This document shows positions 27,822 to 40,340 of a stretch of DNA of 64,000 bases, piece by piece; within the stretch, counting starts at the first letter, position 1; each line of letters opens with the position of its first letter. The stretch covers positions 44,394,001 through 44,458,000 of the forward strand of contig NC_086108.1 in the NCBI RefSeq assembly GCF_963921235.1. The letters are read 5' to 3'. This stretch comes from Mobula hypostoma. Lineage: Eukaryota. The notes under the pieces are model-generated. The model had not been told where the DNA came from, did not search any database, and saw nothing but the letters and a program-made list of their open reading frames with translations. Made by a program: the position numbers and the translations under genes.

Positions 27822-30800
27822 CCAATAACGTGTCCCTGCTGCCCTTCATTTACCCATGGCCAATAACGTGTCCCTGCTGCCCTTCATTGACCCACAGTCA
27901 ATAACGTGTCCCTGCTGCCCTTCACTGACCCACAGTCAATAACATGGCGCTGCTGCCCTTCACTGACCCACAGTCAATAACATGGCGCTGCTGCTCTTCA
28001 TTGACCCACAGTCAATAACGTGTCCCTGCTGCCCTTCACTGACCCACAGTCAATAACATGGCGCTGCTGCCCTTCACTGACCCACAGTCAATAACGTGTC
28101 CCTGCTGCCCTTCATTGACCCGCAGTGAATAACATGGCGCTGCTGCCCTTCATTGACCCGCAGTCAATAACATGGCGCTGCTGCCCTTCATTGACCCACA
28201 GTCAATAACATGGCGCTGCTGCCCTTCATTGACCCACAGTCAATAACGTGTCCCTGCTGCCCTTCACTGACCCACAGTCAATAACATGGCGCTGCTGCCC
28301 TTCACTGACCCACAGTCAATAACATGGCGCTGCTGCTCTTCATTGACCCACAGTCAATAACGTGTCCCTGCTGCCCTTCACTGACCCACAGTCAATAACA
28401 TGGCGCTGCTGCCCTTCACTGACCCACAGTCAATAACGTGTCCCTGCTGCCCTTCATTGACCCGCAGTGAATAACATGGCGCTGCTGCCCTTCATTGACC
28501 CGCAGTCAATAACATGGCGCTGCTGCCCTTCATTGACCCACAGTCAATAACATGGCGCTGCTGCCCTTCATTGACCCACAGTCAATAACATGGCGCTGCT
28601 GCCCTTCATTGACCCACAGTCAATAACATGGCGCTGCTGCCCTTCATTGACCCACAGTGAATAACATGGCGCTGCTGCCCTTCATTGACCCGCAGTCAAT
28701 AACATGGCGCTGCTGCCCTTCATTGACCCACGGCCAATAACGTGTCCCTGCTGCCCTTCATTGACCCGCAGTCAATAACATGGCGCTGCTGCCCTTCACT
28801 GACCCACAGTCAATAACATGGCGCTGCTGCCCTTCATTGACCCGCAGTGAATAACATGGCGCTGCTGCCCTTCACTGACCCACAGTCAATAACGTGTCCC
28901 TGCTGCCCTTCATTGACCCGCAGTCAATAACATGGCGCTGCTGCCCTTCATTGACCCGCAGTCAATAACATGGCGCTGCTGCCCTTCATTGACCCGCAGT
29001 CAATAACATGGCGCTGCTGCCCTTCATTGACCCACAGTCAATAACATGGCGCTGCTGCCCTTCATTGACCCACGGCCAATAACGTGTCCCTGCTGCCCTT
29101 CATTGACCCACAGTGAATAACATGGCGCTGCTGCCCTTCACTGACCCACAGTCAATAACATGGCGCTGCTGCCCTTCATTGACCCACGGCCAATAACGTG
29201 TCCCTGCTGCCCTTCATTGACCCGCAGTCAATAACATGGCGCTGCTGCCCTTCACTGACCCACAGTCAATAACATGGCGCTGCTGCCCTTCACTGACCCG
29301 CAGTCAATAACATGGCGCTGCTGCCCTTCACTGACCCACAGTCAATAACATGGCGCTGCTGCCCTTCACTGACCCGCAGTCAATAACATGGCGCTGCTGC
29401 CCTTCACTGACCCGCAGTCAATAACATGGCGCTGCTGCCCTTCACTGACCCGCAGTCAATAACATGGCGCTGCTGCCCTTCATTGACCCACAGTCAATAA
29501 CATGGCGCTGCTGCCCTTCATTGACCCACGGCCAATAACGTGTCCCTGCTGCCCTTCATTGACCCGCAGTCAATAACATGGCGCTGCTGCCCTTCATTGA
29601 CCCACAGTCAATAACATGGCGCTGCTGCCCTTCATTGACCCATGGCCAATAACGTGTCCCTGCTGCCCTTCATTGACCCGCAGTCAATAACATGGCGCTG
29701 CTGCCCTTCACAACATGGCGCTGCTGCCCTTCATTGACCCGAAGTCAATAACATGGCGCTGCTGCCCTTCACTGACCCGCAGTCAATAACATGGCGCTGC
29801 TGCCCTTCACTGACCCACAGTCAATAACGTGGCGCTGCTGCCCTTCACTGACCCACAGTCAATAACGTGGCGCTGCTGCCCTTCATTGACCCGCAGTCAA
29901 TAACATGGCGCTGCTGCCCTTCATTGACCCGCAGTCAATAACATGGCGCTGCTGCCCTTCATTGACCCACAGTCAATAACATGGCGCTGCTGCCCTTCAT
30001 TGACCCGCAGTCAATAACATGGCGCTGCTGCCCTTCATTGACCCGCAGTCAATAACATGGCGCTGCTGCCCTTCATTGACCCGCAGTCAATAACATGGCG
30101 CTGCTGCCCTTCATTGACCCGCAGTGAATAACATGGCGCTGCTGCCCTTCATTGACCCGCAGTGAATAACAAGGCGCTGCTGCCCTTCATTGACCCACAG
30201 TCAATAACATGGCGCTGCTGCCCTTCATTGACCCACAGTCAATAACATGGCACTGCTGCCCTTCATTGACCCGCAGTGAATAACATGGCGCTGCTGCCCT
30301 TCATTGACCCACAGTCAATAACATGGCGCTGCTGCCCTTCATTGACCCACAGTCAATAACATGGCACTGCTGCCCTTCATTGACCCGCAGTGAATAACAT
30401 GGCGCTGCTGCCCTTCATTGACCCACGGCCAATAACATGGCACTGCTGCCCTTCATTGACCCGCAGTGAATAACATGGCGCTGCTGCCCTTCATTGACCC
30501 ACGGCCAATAACATGGCGCTGCTGCCCTTCATTGACCCACAGTCAATAACGTGTCCCTGCTGCCCTTCATTGACCCACGGCCAATAACATGGCACTGCTG
30601 CCCTTCATTGACCCGCAGTGAATAACATGGCGCTGCTGCCCTTCATTGACCCGCAGTGAATAACATGGCGCTGCTGCCCTTCATTGACCCGCAGTGAATA
30701 ACATGGCGCTGCTGCCCTTCATTGACCCACGGCCAATAACATGGCGCTGCTGCCCTTCACTGACCCACAGTCAATAACGTGTCCCTGCTGCCCTTCATTG

Positions 30801-32731
30801 ACCCACGGCCAATAACATGGCACTGCTGCCCTTCATTGACCCACAGTCAATAACATGGCGCTGCTGCCCTTCATAACATGGCGCTGCTGCCCTTCATTGA
30901 CCCACGGCCAATACCATGGCGCTGCTGCCCTTCATTGACCCACGGCCAATAACATGGCGCTGCTGCCCTTCATTGACCCACGGCCAATAACATGGCGCTG
31001 CTGCCCTTCACTGACCCACAGTCAATAACATGGCGCTGCTGCCCTTCACTGACCCACAGTCAATAACGTGTCCCTGCTGCCCTTCATTGACCCGCAGTGA
31101 ATAACATGGCGCTGCTGCCCTTCATTGACCCGCAGTGAATAACATGGCGCTGCTGCCCTTCATTGACCCGCAGTGAATAACATGGCGCTGCTGCCCTTCA
31201 TTGACCCACAGTCAATAACATGGCACTGCTGCCCTTCATTGACCCACAGTCAATAACATGGCGCTGCTGCCCTTCATTGACCCACGGCCAATAACATGGC
31301 GCTGCTGCCCTTCATTGACCCACGGCCAATAACATGGCGCTGCTGCCCTTCACTGACCCACAGTCAATAACATGGCGCTGCTGCCCTTCATTGACCCACA
31401 GTCAATAACATGGCGCTGCTGCCCTTCACTGACCCACAGTCAATAACATGGCGCTGCTGCCCTTCACTGACCCACAGTCAATAACATGGCGCTGCTGCCC
31501 TTCACTGACCCACAGTCAATAACGTGTCCCTGCTGCCCTTCACTGACCCACAGTCAATAACGTGTCCCTGCTGCCCTTCATTGACCCGCAGTGAATAACA
31601 TGGCGCTGCTGCCCTTCATTGACCCGCAGTGAATAACATGGCGCTGCTGCCCTTCATTGACCCACAGTCAATAACATGGCACTGCTGCCCTTCATTGACC
31701 CACAGTCAATAACATGGCGCTGCTGCCCTTCATAACATGGCGCTGCTGCCCTTCATTGACCCACGGCCAATAACATGGCGCTGCTGCCCTTCATTGACCC
31801 ACGGCCAATAACATGGCGCTGCTGCCCTTCATTGACCCACGGCCAATAACATGGCGCTGCTGCCCTTCATTGACCCGCAGTGAATAACATGGCGCTGCTG
31901 CCCTTCATTGACCCACAGTCAATAACATGGCACTGCTGCCCTTCATTGACCCACAGTCAATAACATGGCGCTGCTGCCCTTCATAACATGGCGCTGCTGC
32001 CCTTCATTGACCCACGGCCAATAACATGGCGCTGCTGCCCTTCATTGACCCACGGCCAATAACATGGCGCTGCTGCCCTTCATTGACCCACGGCCAATAA
32101 CATGGCGCTGCTGCCCTTCATTGACCCACGGCCAATAACATGGCGCTGCTGCCCTTCATTGACCCACGGCCAATAACATGGCGCTGCTGCCCTTCATTGA
32201 CCCACGGCCAATAACATGGCGCTGCTGCCCTTCATTGACCCACAGTCAATAACATGGCGCTGCTGCCCTTCATTGACCCGCAGTGAATAACATGGCGCTG
32301 CTGCCCTTCACTGACCCACAGTCAATAACATGGCACTGCTGCCCTTCATTGACCCACAGTCAATAACATGGCGCTGCTGCCCTTCATTGACCCACAGTCA
32401 ATAACGTGTCCCTGCTGCCCTTCATTGACCCACAGTGAATAACATGGCGCTGCTGCCCTTCATTGACCCACGGCCAATAACATGGCGCTGCTGCCCTTCA
32501 TTGACCCACGGCCAATAACATGGCGCTGCTGCCCTTCATTGACCCACAGTCAATAACATGGCGCTGCTGCCCTTCATTGACCCGCAGTGAATAACATGGC
32601 GCTGCTGCCCTTCACTGACCCACAGTCAATAACATGGCACTGCTGCCCTTCATTGACCCACAGTCAATAACATGGCGCTGCTGCCCTTCATTGACCCACA
32701 GTCAATAACATGGCGCTGCTGCCCTTCATTG
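27822..32731. repeat. 38-bp minisatellite (VNTR), about 4.9 kb, roughly 130 units
   Basis: Consensus caataacatggcgctgctgcccttcattgacccacagt repeated head to tail with a few recurrent variants; no unique spacers. Confidence 0.99.
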
Positions 32732-33099
32732 CTCTACTTCTCCAAAATTTACCAACTAAATATTTGCTGTTGAACATGGCTTCCCTAGTTAGTTATGCAG
32801 GAAGCAGTAAATGATTTTAAAAAATTGGGAATTTTTTTATTTTAGAAAAGATCATTTTAAATTAGGAAAGGCTTTTTAAAACTTGGTGCATGGTAAAATA
32901 GACAATCAGGCACTTTTGGGACTTTGATGCCAGCCAGCAGGTTTTCCATACTATTGCATGTTACTTTAATTAATGCTCAAAATAGGATTTCAAGGGTCTA
33001 GGGCCCACATGTTGCTGTTAGGGTGAAGGGTAAACTTGGCAAATTTTGGAAACACTGGATAATGAGAGATACTGAGGGTTTGATAAGAAAATGAAGGTT

Positions 33100-33400
33100 T
33101 TAACAAGTTGGAGGCGAATGAATCCCTTGATGTCTATACAAAGACTAAGGACATTGTAAAGAGGGTAATCAGGAGTGCAAAGAGAAGGTAAGAGATGGAT
33201 CTGGCAGGTAGGTAATAGGGAAATCCCAAGAAGTTCTATTGGTTAAAAGGGTGGCTAGGGAGAGAGTCAGTCCCTTAGAGAGCAGCAGAGTATGGGTGGG
33301 ATTTTAAACGAGTATTTCTCTTCAATGTTCACTGGTGAAGGAGATATGCAGGGCAAATTTATTTAACCCAGAGGCGGGTGCCTAGAATTTCTGGCCAGTT
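33100..33400 (+). mobile_element. CR1 ORF2 linker fragment
   Basis: Homologous to 36440-36680 (aatcccaagaagttctat, ccttagag, attttaaacgagtatttctcttcaatgttcact). Confidence 0.55.
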
Positions 33401-33574
33401 TTGCACTCTACTTGCAAAATAGTGCAAGTGCATTTGGATGATATTTGTGCAATATAAGGTTAAATAACTTGTAGTTTGACAAAACTAGTTGTTTGAGTAC
33501 TTAACGACTAACTTTAGAACAGCATCTCTTCAAAATGTAAAATACTGTGGAGTATCCAAATTTGAGATAAAATC

Positions 33575-33675
33575 ACAATGAAAATGCAATGCTGGAGGAA
33601 CTCAGCAGATCAGGCAGCATCTATGGAAATGAATGAACAATCAACGTTTCTGGCCAAGACCCTTCAGGACACTTC
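33575..33675 (-). mobile_element. PLE terminal-repeat fragment
   Basis: gctggaggaactcagcagatcaggcagcatctatggaaa...aacgtttctggccaagacccttcagga. Confidence 0.65.
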
Positions 33676-35136
33676 AGTAGGTATATGGAGAGAGGAAAAA
33701 GTGTTAGTGTATCAGGTCAGTACTGGTGAAGTGAGAAAATATGAATTTTCTTTTGAGTTGCCAGGAGTGGTAGGAAATGTTTATGCCAGAGTGGAGGTAG
33801 CATGGATTTTAGTGCTGGCTGTTAAGGGGGGAGGGGGGGAGATTGTATTGGAAGTGTGAGAAAGGAAACACAGCATTTGTTGTAAATCTGAAACAATTGT
33901 ATCCTAGAAGTACCCAACAGATTGAGCAGCATCAATGGAAAGAGAAGAAAACTGAATTACTGTCACCTTTTTGTATTTACCCTGTGACCGATGTATCATT
34001 AAGACCATAAGATATAGGAGCAGAATTAAAGATGTCATAGCAAAATAAAATTCTTGTGAGCCAAAGTCCATTTGGTTTTGTGTAAACAAAATCATTTGAC
34101 TAATTTATTGGGAATTCTGTGGATAGAGGGGAATGTGTATGTTGTATTCTAGATTTCCAGAGAGCATTAGATAAAATGATGCATGAAGGTAATTTTGGAA
34201 AATAATAGTACATGGTGTAGATGGGAGCATTATTGCCATGGTTAGAAGGCAGTAATGGCTGTTGCTGATAAGCAACTGACTGTAGGCATAAATAGATTTT
34301 TTTCTGGTTGTCAAGGCATGTTAAAGGCATTGGTCTTTTAGGAAGAGACCTATTAGGAAAGCTAACAGAATATTATTATTTATTGCTGGGAATTTAAATA
34401 TAAGATGTTGGGAGCTTGTGTTCAGTTATATAGGACATTTGGTGAAACTGCTTCTGTAGAACTGCACAGATTGTTAGTCTCTTTATTTAGGAAAGCAGTT
34501 CAGAGAAGGTGTAACTAGACCAATATCTCTGGGATGGATGGATTAATTGAAGAAAGGCTAGGCTTGTACCTGCTGAAGGGGAGATGGCATTGGGTTAAAT
34601 AATAAAAAAAAAGTTTTTGGAGAGAGAAGCTGTTGTCACTATATCACTATGTAACTTCAAGAGGTGGCTTGGCTAAGACAATAATTTGAAGGGCCTTGGG
34701 GAAACAGACTGGAATTGCTCTACAAGGAAACTGCAAACTCAATGGATGAAATGGTTTCCTGTGCTTCTACAAATCTATGTTTCTGTTACCTGGTACACAA
34801 GGTTTGTGTTATAGTTTGAATAAGTTAGTACCTTTGTTAGTACTTTGAATGAAAGTGGTTATTTTCTCCAAGTTGACTTCTTTGAAAGACTTTGGAGCAT
34901 GTCAGCGTGTTTGTGAGGACCTGAGATTTGAACAAATGAGGTTTTTATAATTTTAAGAACATACCAAAATTATGCTTCAAATATTTGGATCACTGTATTC
35001 AGGTTACTGAAATGGGTATAACTTTTGTAGATGTTGGATACATCTGTAAGAAATGTGGAATTATTTACAAATGGGATATCTGTTCCTTAATTTGAAAGTA
35101 ATCAGTGTTACATTGCAGAAACTTAACCTCAAGGCT

Positions 35137-35262
35137 ATTTATTTATTTTGTTTGTATTTAGAGATTCAGCATAGTAACGGGCCCTTCTGGTCCATGAGCC
35201 CACACCACCCAATTACTCTACTGACCCGTACACCTTTGGAATGTGGGAGGAAACTGGAGCAC
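35137..35262 (-). mobile_element. V-SINE (HE1-like) 3' half
   Basis: Reverse complement of the SINE core and tail (tgtgggaggaaactggagcac; atttatttatt tail); interrupted by CR1. Confidence 0.7.
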
Positions 35263-38200
35263 AGGGATAATAGGAGCACAGGGATAATAGGAGAAGAGGC
35301 AAGAGAGGAGGTTAGTTCACAAATAGAGAAAGCTAGTAGACAGTGTGTGAGGGAGGATAGGCAGATGACAGAGAAGGGGAGTGCTCAGACTGAAGATGTA
35401 GGGGAGAAGGAAGAAAAAGATAATAAAGTTGTTAGCACCATCAGGGATAAACAGAGTAAAAGGTGGAGAGTTTCTCAAATGTTATCTATTTTAATGCTAA
35501 GAGCATTGTAAGAAAGGTGGATGAGCTTAGAGCATGGATTGATAGCTGGAAATATGATGATGTAGCTATTAGTGAAACATGGTTGCAGGATGGGTGTGAT
35601 TGGGAACTAAATATTCCTGGATTTCGTTGCTTCTGGTGTGATAGAATCAGAGGGGCAAGAGGAGGAGGTGTTGCATTGCTTGTCAGAGAAAATATTACAG
35701 CAGTGCTTCGGCAGGATAGATGAGAGGGCTCATCTAGGGAGGCTGTTTGGGTGGAATTGAGGAATGGGAAAGGTGTAGTGACGCTTATAGGAGTGTATTA
35801 TAGACCACCTAATGGGGAGCGAGAATTGGAGGAGCAAATTTGTAAGGAGGTAGATATTTGTGGTAAGCACAAGGTTGTGATTGTGGGAGATTTTAATTTT
35901 CCGCACATAGACTGGGAAGCCCATTCTGTAAAAGGGCTGGATGGTTTGGAGTTTTTAAAATGTGTGCAGGATAGTTTTTTCCAGCAATACATAGAGGTAC
36001 CAACAAGAGAAGGGGCAGTGTTGGATCTCCTGTTAGGGAATGACATAGGCCAGGTGACAGAGGTATGTGTTGGGGAGCATTTCGGGTCCAGTGATCACAA
36101 TGCCATTAGTTTCAATATAATTATGGAGAAGGATAGGACTGGACCCAGGGTTGAGATATTTGATTGGAGAAAGGCTAACTTTGAGGAGATGTGAAAGGAT
36201 TTAGGAGGAGTGGATTGGGACAATTTGTTTTATGGGAAGGATGTAATAGAGAAATGGAGGCTAGTTAAAGGTGAAATTTTGAGGGTACAGAATCTTTATG
36301 TTCCTGTTAGGTTGAAAGGAAAAGTTAAAAGTTTGAGAGAGCCATGGTTTTCAAGGGATATTGGAAACTTGGTTTGGAAAAAGAGAGAGATCTACAATGA
36401 ATATAGACAGCTTGGAGTAAATGAGGTGCTCGAGGAATATAAAGAATGTAAAAAGAATCTTAAGAAAGAAATTAGAAAAGCTAAAAGAAGATGTGAGGTT
36501 GCTTTGGCAAGTAAGGTGAAAATAAATCCAAAGGGTTTCTACAGTTATATTAATAGCAAAAAAAAAAGGATAAAATTGGTCCCTTAGAGAATCAGAGTGG
36601 ACAGCTATGTGTGGAGCCAAAAGAGATGGGGGAGATTTTGAACAATTTCTTTTCTTCGGTATTCACTAAGGAGAAGGATATTGAATTGTGTAAGGTAAGG
36701 GAAACAATTAGGGAAGTTATGGAAACTATGATGATTAAAGAAGAGGAAGTACTGGCTCTTTTAAGGAATATAAAAGTGGATAAGTCTCCGGGTCCTGACA
36801 GGATATTCCCAAGGACCTTGAGGGAAGTTAGTGTAGTAATTGCAGGGGCTCTGACAGAAATATTCAAATGTCATTAGAAACGGGGATGGTGTCAGAGGAT
36901 TGGTGTACTGCTCATGTTCCATTGTTTAAAAAGGGTTCTAAGAGTAAACCGAGCAATTATCGGCCTGTAAGTTTGACGTCAGCGGTGGGTAATTTAATGG
37001 AAAGTATTCTTAGAGATGGTATATATAATTATCTGGATAGACAGGGTCTGATTAGGAACAGTTAACATGGATTTGTGCGTGGAAGGTCATGTTTGACAAA
37101 TCTTATTGAATTTTTTGAAGAGGTTACCAGGAAAATTGACAAGGGTAAAGCAGTGGATGTTGTCTATATGGACTTCAATAAGGCCTTTGACAAGGTTCCA
37201 CACAGAAGATTAGTTAGGAAGGTTGAATCGTTAGGGTTTAATATTGAAGTAGTAAAATGGATTCAACAGTGGCTGGATGGGAGATGCCAGAGAGTAGTGG
37301 TGGATAACTGTTTGTCAGGTTGGAGGCCAATAACTAGTGGTGTGCCTCAGGGATCTGTACTGGGTCCAATGTTGTTTGTCATATGCATTAATGATCTGGA
37401 TGATGGGGCTGTAAATTGGATTAGTAAATATGTAGATGATACTAAGATAAGTGGAGTTGTGGATAGTGAAGCAGGTTTTCAAAGCTTGCAGAGAGATTTA
37501 GGCCAGTTAGAAGAGTGGGCTGAAAGATGGCAGATGGAGTTTAATGCTGATAAATGTGAGGTGCTACATTTTGGTAGGACTAATCAAAATAGGACATACA
37601 TGGTAAATGGTAGGGCATTGAAGAATGCAGTAGATCAGAGGGATCTAGGAAAAATGGTGCATAGTTCCCTGAAGGTGGAATCTCATGTGGTTAGGGTGGT
37701 GAAGAAAGCTTTTGGTATGCTGGCCTTTATAAATCAGAGCATTGAGTATAGGAGTTGGGATGTAATGTTAAAATTGTACAAGGTATTGGTGAGGCCAAAT
37801 TTGGAGTATTGTGTACAGTTCTGGTCACCAAATTATAGGAAAGATGTCAACAAAATAGAGAGAGTACAGAGGAGATTTACTGGAATGATACCTGGGTTTC
37901 AGCACCTGAGTTACAGAGAAAGGTTGAACAAGTTTGGTCTTTATTCTTTGGAGTGTAGAAGGTTGAGTGGGACTTGCTAGAGGTATTTAAAATTATGAGG
38001 GGGTTAGATAGAGTTGACGTGAATAGGCTTTTTCCATTGAGAGTGGGGGAGATTCAAACAAGAGGACATGAGTTGAGAGTTAAGGGGCAAAAGTTTAGGG
38101 GTAACACGAGGGGGAACTTCTTTACTCAGAGTGTGGTATCTGTGTGGAATGAGCTTCCAGTTGAAGTGGCAGAGGCAGGTTTGATTTTGTCATTTAAAAA

Positions 38201-38347
38201 AAAATTGGATAGGTATATGGACAGGAAAGGAATGGAGGGTTATGGGCTGAGTGCAGGTAGATGGGACTACGTGAGAGTAAGCGTTCGGCACGGACTAGAA
38301 GGTCCGAGATGGCCTGTTTCCGTGCTGTAATTGTTATATGGTTATAA
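35263..38347 (+). mobile_element. CR1-clade LINE, 5'-truncated, ORF2 complete but disrupted
   Basis: APE motifs (YFNAKSI, AISETWL, GVYYRPP, IVGDFN, SSDHNAI) and RT motifs (KSPGPD, NYRPVSLTS, VYMDFNKAFDKVPH, SGVPQGSVLGP, KYVDDTK), C-terminal TRGHELR; tail ctgtaattgttatatggttatat. Confidence 0.97.
35463..38330 (+). pseudogene. CR1 ORF2 (endonuclease-reverse transcriptase) pseudogene
   Basis: Seven consecutive ORF fragments (35463, 35751, 36210, 36611, 36868, 37075, 37974) separated by stops or frameshifts. Confidence 0.95.
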
Positions 38348-38349
38348 TA

Positions 38350-38438
38350 TACAAATTCCTTGCATACAGCGACGGAATTAAATCCAGGTTGCTGGGGCTG
38401 TAATAGCGTTATGCTAACCGCTACACTATCATGCCACC
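38350..38438 (-). mobile_element. V-SINE (HE1-like) 5' tRNA-derived head
   Basis: Reverse complement ggtggcatgatagtgtagcggttagcataacgctattacagc...ggatttaattcc...gtatgcaaggaatttgta; continues the SINE at 35137-35262. Confidence 0.7.
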
Positions 38439-40229
38439 TCACACATTTAGTGCAGATAAATGGCACAGGCCTCTCTTTGATATTTTGCAGTGTGGTGGGA
38501 GAGGCTGTGTGCAGCGTGACCTGATAGATATTTATGGCATGAATTTAAATAGTGCTCTTTGTGCAGAAGGCAAGCTCGATCCCTTTAAAACAAGTTGGAA
38601 AGCCTTTTTAAGGAACAATAAAAGAAGGGCCTAATTTAAGGAACTGTGGTTGAAGAGGAGACTTTTGAATTTGCTGACTCAGATGAAGTGTAGTGAGAAG
38701 TGAATAAAGAATTTCAGAGGAAACAGTTTCATTGTAATTCAGAGAATGCCTATCGGAGTAAGACTTGTCCTTCAACTTTTGCACCAAATTGAGAATGTGT
38801 ATAGATGAAATGTGCTCAAATTTTCACTTGGGAATTTTAAATGTTGTTCTAAAATTGATAACAATGCCACACTTAGTGGTGTATAAATAGAGGATTTGGT
38901 CTTGGTGGGAATTGATGCATGTTAGATAAGTTGATGCAGTATGTCAGATAGATCATAAAAAAAATCGGACTTTGAGGAGGCTAAATCATGGATTGACAAC
39001 TTTGCATTACAAAAATAAATAGGTATTGGCATTTTGCACTAGGGTAAAGTGGCTTCATTTAATAAATCCCGGGAGCAAACTTTATCTGAGTTGAACATTT
39101 TTCTAATATTTATGAATGTAGTTGGGATCACTAATTACTTTTTTCCTCTGGAAAGTGTGTTTAAAATGCACAGTCTGAGCCAAATTTGTAGTTGTATTTT
39201 ATTTGCAGGTTTGCAGAGCAATAATTCTGGCCTGCCAAAACCCTACCTTGCACACTTAAAGATTTCATCTTTGCGTTGAAAGTGCATGCCTCCAAATCTT
39301 GGTGGCAGCTTGTTTGGCAGATGGTCAATTACATACCATTGTTAAATAATGGCTAGGCAGGCCAGCCTACTGCTCCTTTGTGTTAAATTCAGTAAGTTTA
39401 ATTGCAGTCAATACATCATAACATATAACTTTTTTATTTTGCTACCTGTTCTAAAGACATGCCTTTTGCTGGAGGCTCAGAAATTGGAGCATTCATTGAG
39501 TGTGATCACATTTGTCATGCAGTCAGTTTCATTTTTCCACGTTAGTGATAAAGGATGAAACACAAATATATAAACTCAGGATGACTGTTGTGTCCACAGT
39601 TTATTTGACATGGATATACTGGTAATCTTATTAGATATTTTCAAATTGTGTTGAATTTCTTTTAAGTGCTTGAAGATGCACAGTCTAACCCAAATATAAA
39701 CTTAAATTTTTATTAAATTTTTCTAGTGTTTGCGATGACTTAGGCATTTCCCTACTCTGCACTAGTATAAAGATGTTTCTTATTTTGACAAATTTTGTAA
39801 CTGGCATCTGGTTTCTCTACGTTAATACTTTATACTCTTAGCTTGAGATGTTGCTGTCCTGTTCTGATTTAGTTTCAAATATTTCAAATCAATGTCTTAT
39901 GGTGAATATGAATGAGTAATAAATTAATCTGTTAAAATGTGCCGTTGTCATTGTTTTCTATTCAGTTTACTCCTTAGCTGTTTACTATTTTGTGCTAAAT
40001 CAATATTGCTTACCTGGGGTCACTTTTTTATCGACTTGTCTGCCTTTCAAATTTCTCAACTCTGCTGAGAAATTATCACAAATATGAAATAACATCATAG
40101 TTGTGATGTGTCACACTATTCAGTCCATGCATTCTGTGCTATCTCCTTTCTGAGTAATTCCATTTCCATTGTCTGCTCTCCTGCCAAAGCACTGTCAACT
40201 ATATCTGTCCAATTCCCTTTTGAAGATGG

Positions 40230-40340
40230 AAACGTAAGAGTGCAGATGCTGGAGGAACTCGGTGGATCAGTCAGCACCTATCCAGATAAAGAGTCTTGAC
40301 CCAAAAGGTTGACTGTCAGTTTCCCTCCTTGGATGCCTCC
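40230..40340. mobile_element. Degenerate PLE-derived palindrome
   Basis: tgcagatgctggaggaactc...cagataaagagtcttgacccaaaaggttgactg...ggatgcc. Confidence 0.5.

Noticed and set aside
27822..32731. CRISPR-like array or repetitive coding sequence
   Set aside because: Units are contiguous with no unique spacers and there are no cas genes; the context is eukaryotic. The 38-bp period is not a multiple of 3 and the ORF track shows no ORF across it.
37075..37980. 301-aa RT ORF as a functional gene, retron or domesticated RT
   Set aside because: It is one fragment of a CR1 ORF2 broken by stops and frameshifts on both sides.
38490..38570. Possible host exon after a polypyrimidine/cag acceptor
   Set aside because: No recognisable protein similarity and no convincing GT donor; similar acceptor-like sites elsewhere (4530, 7020, 15090, 47710) were also unsupported.
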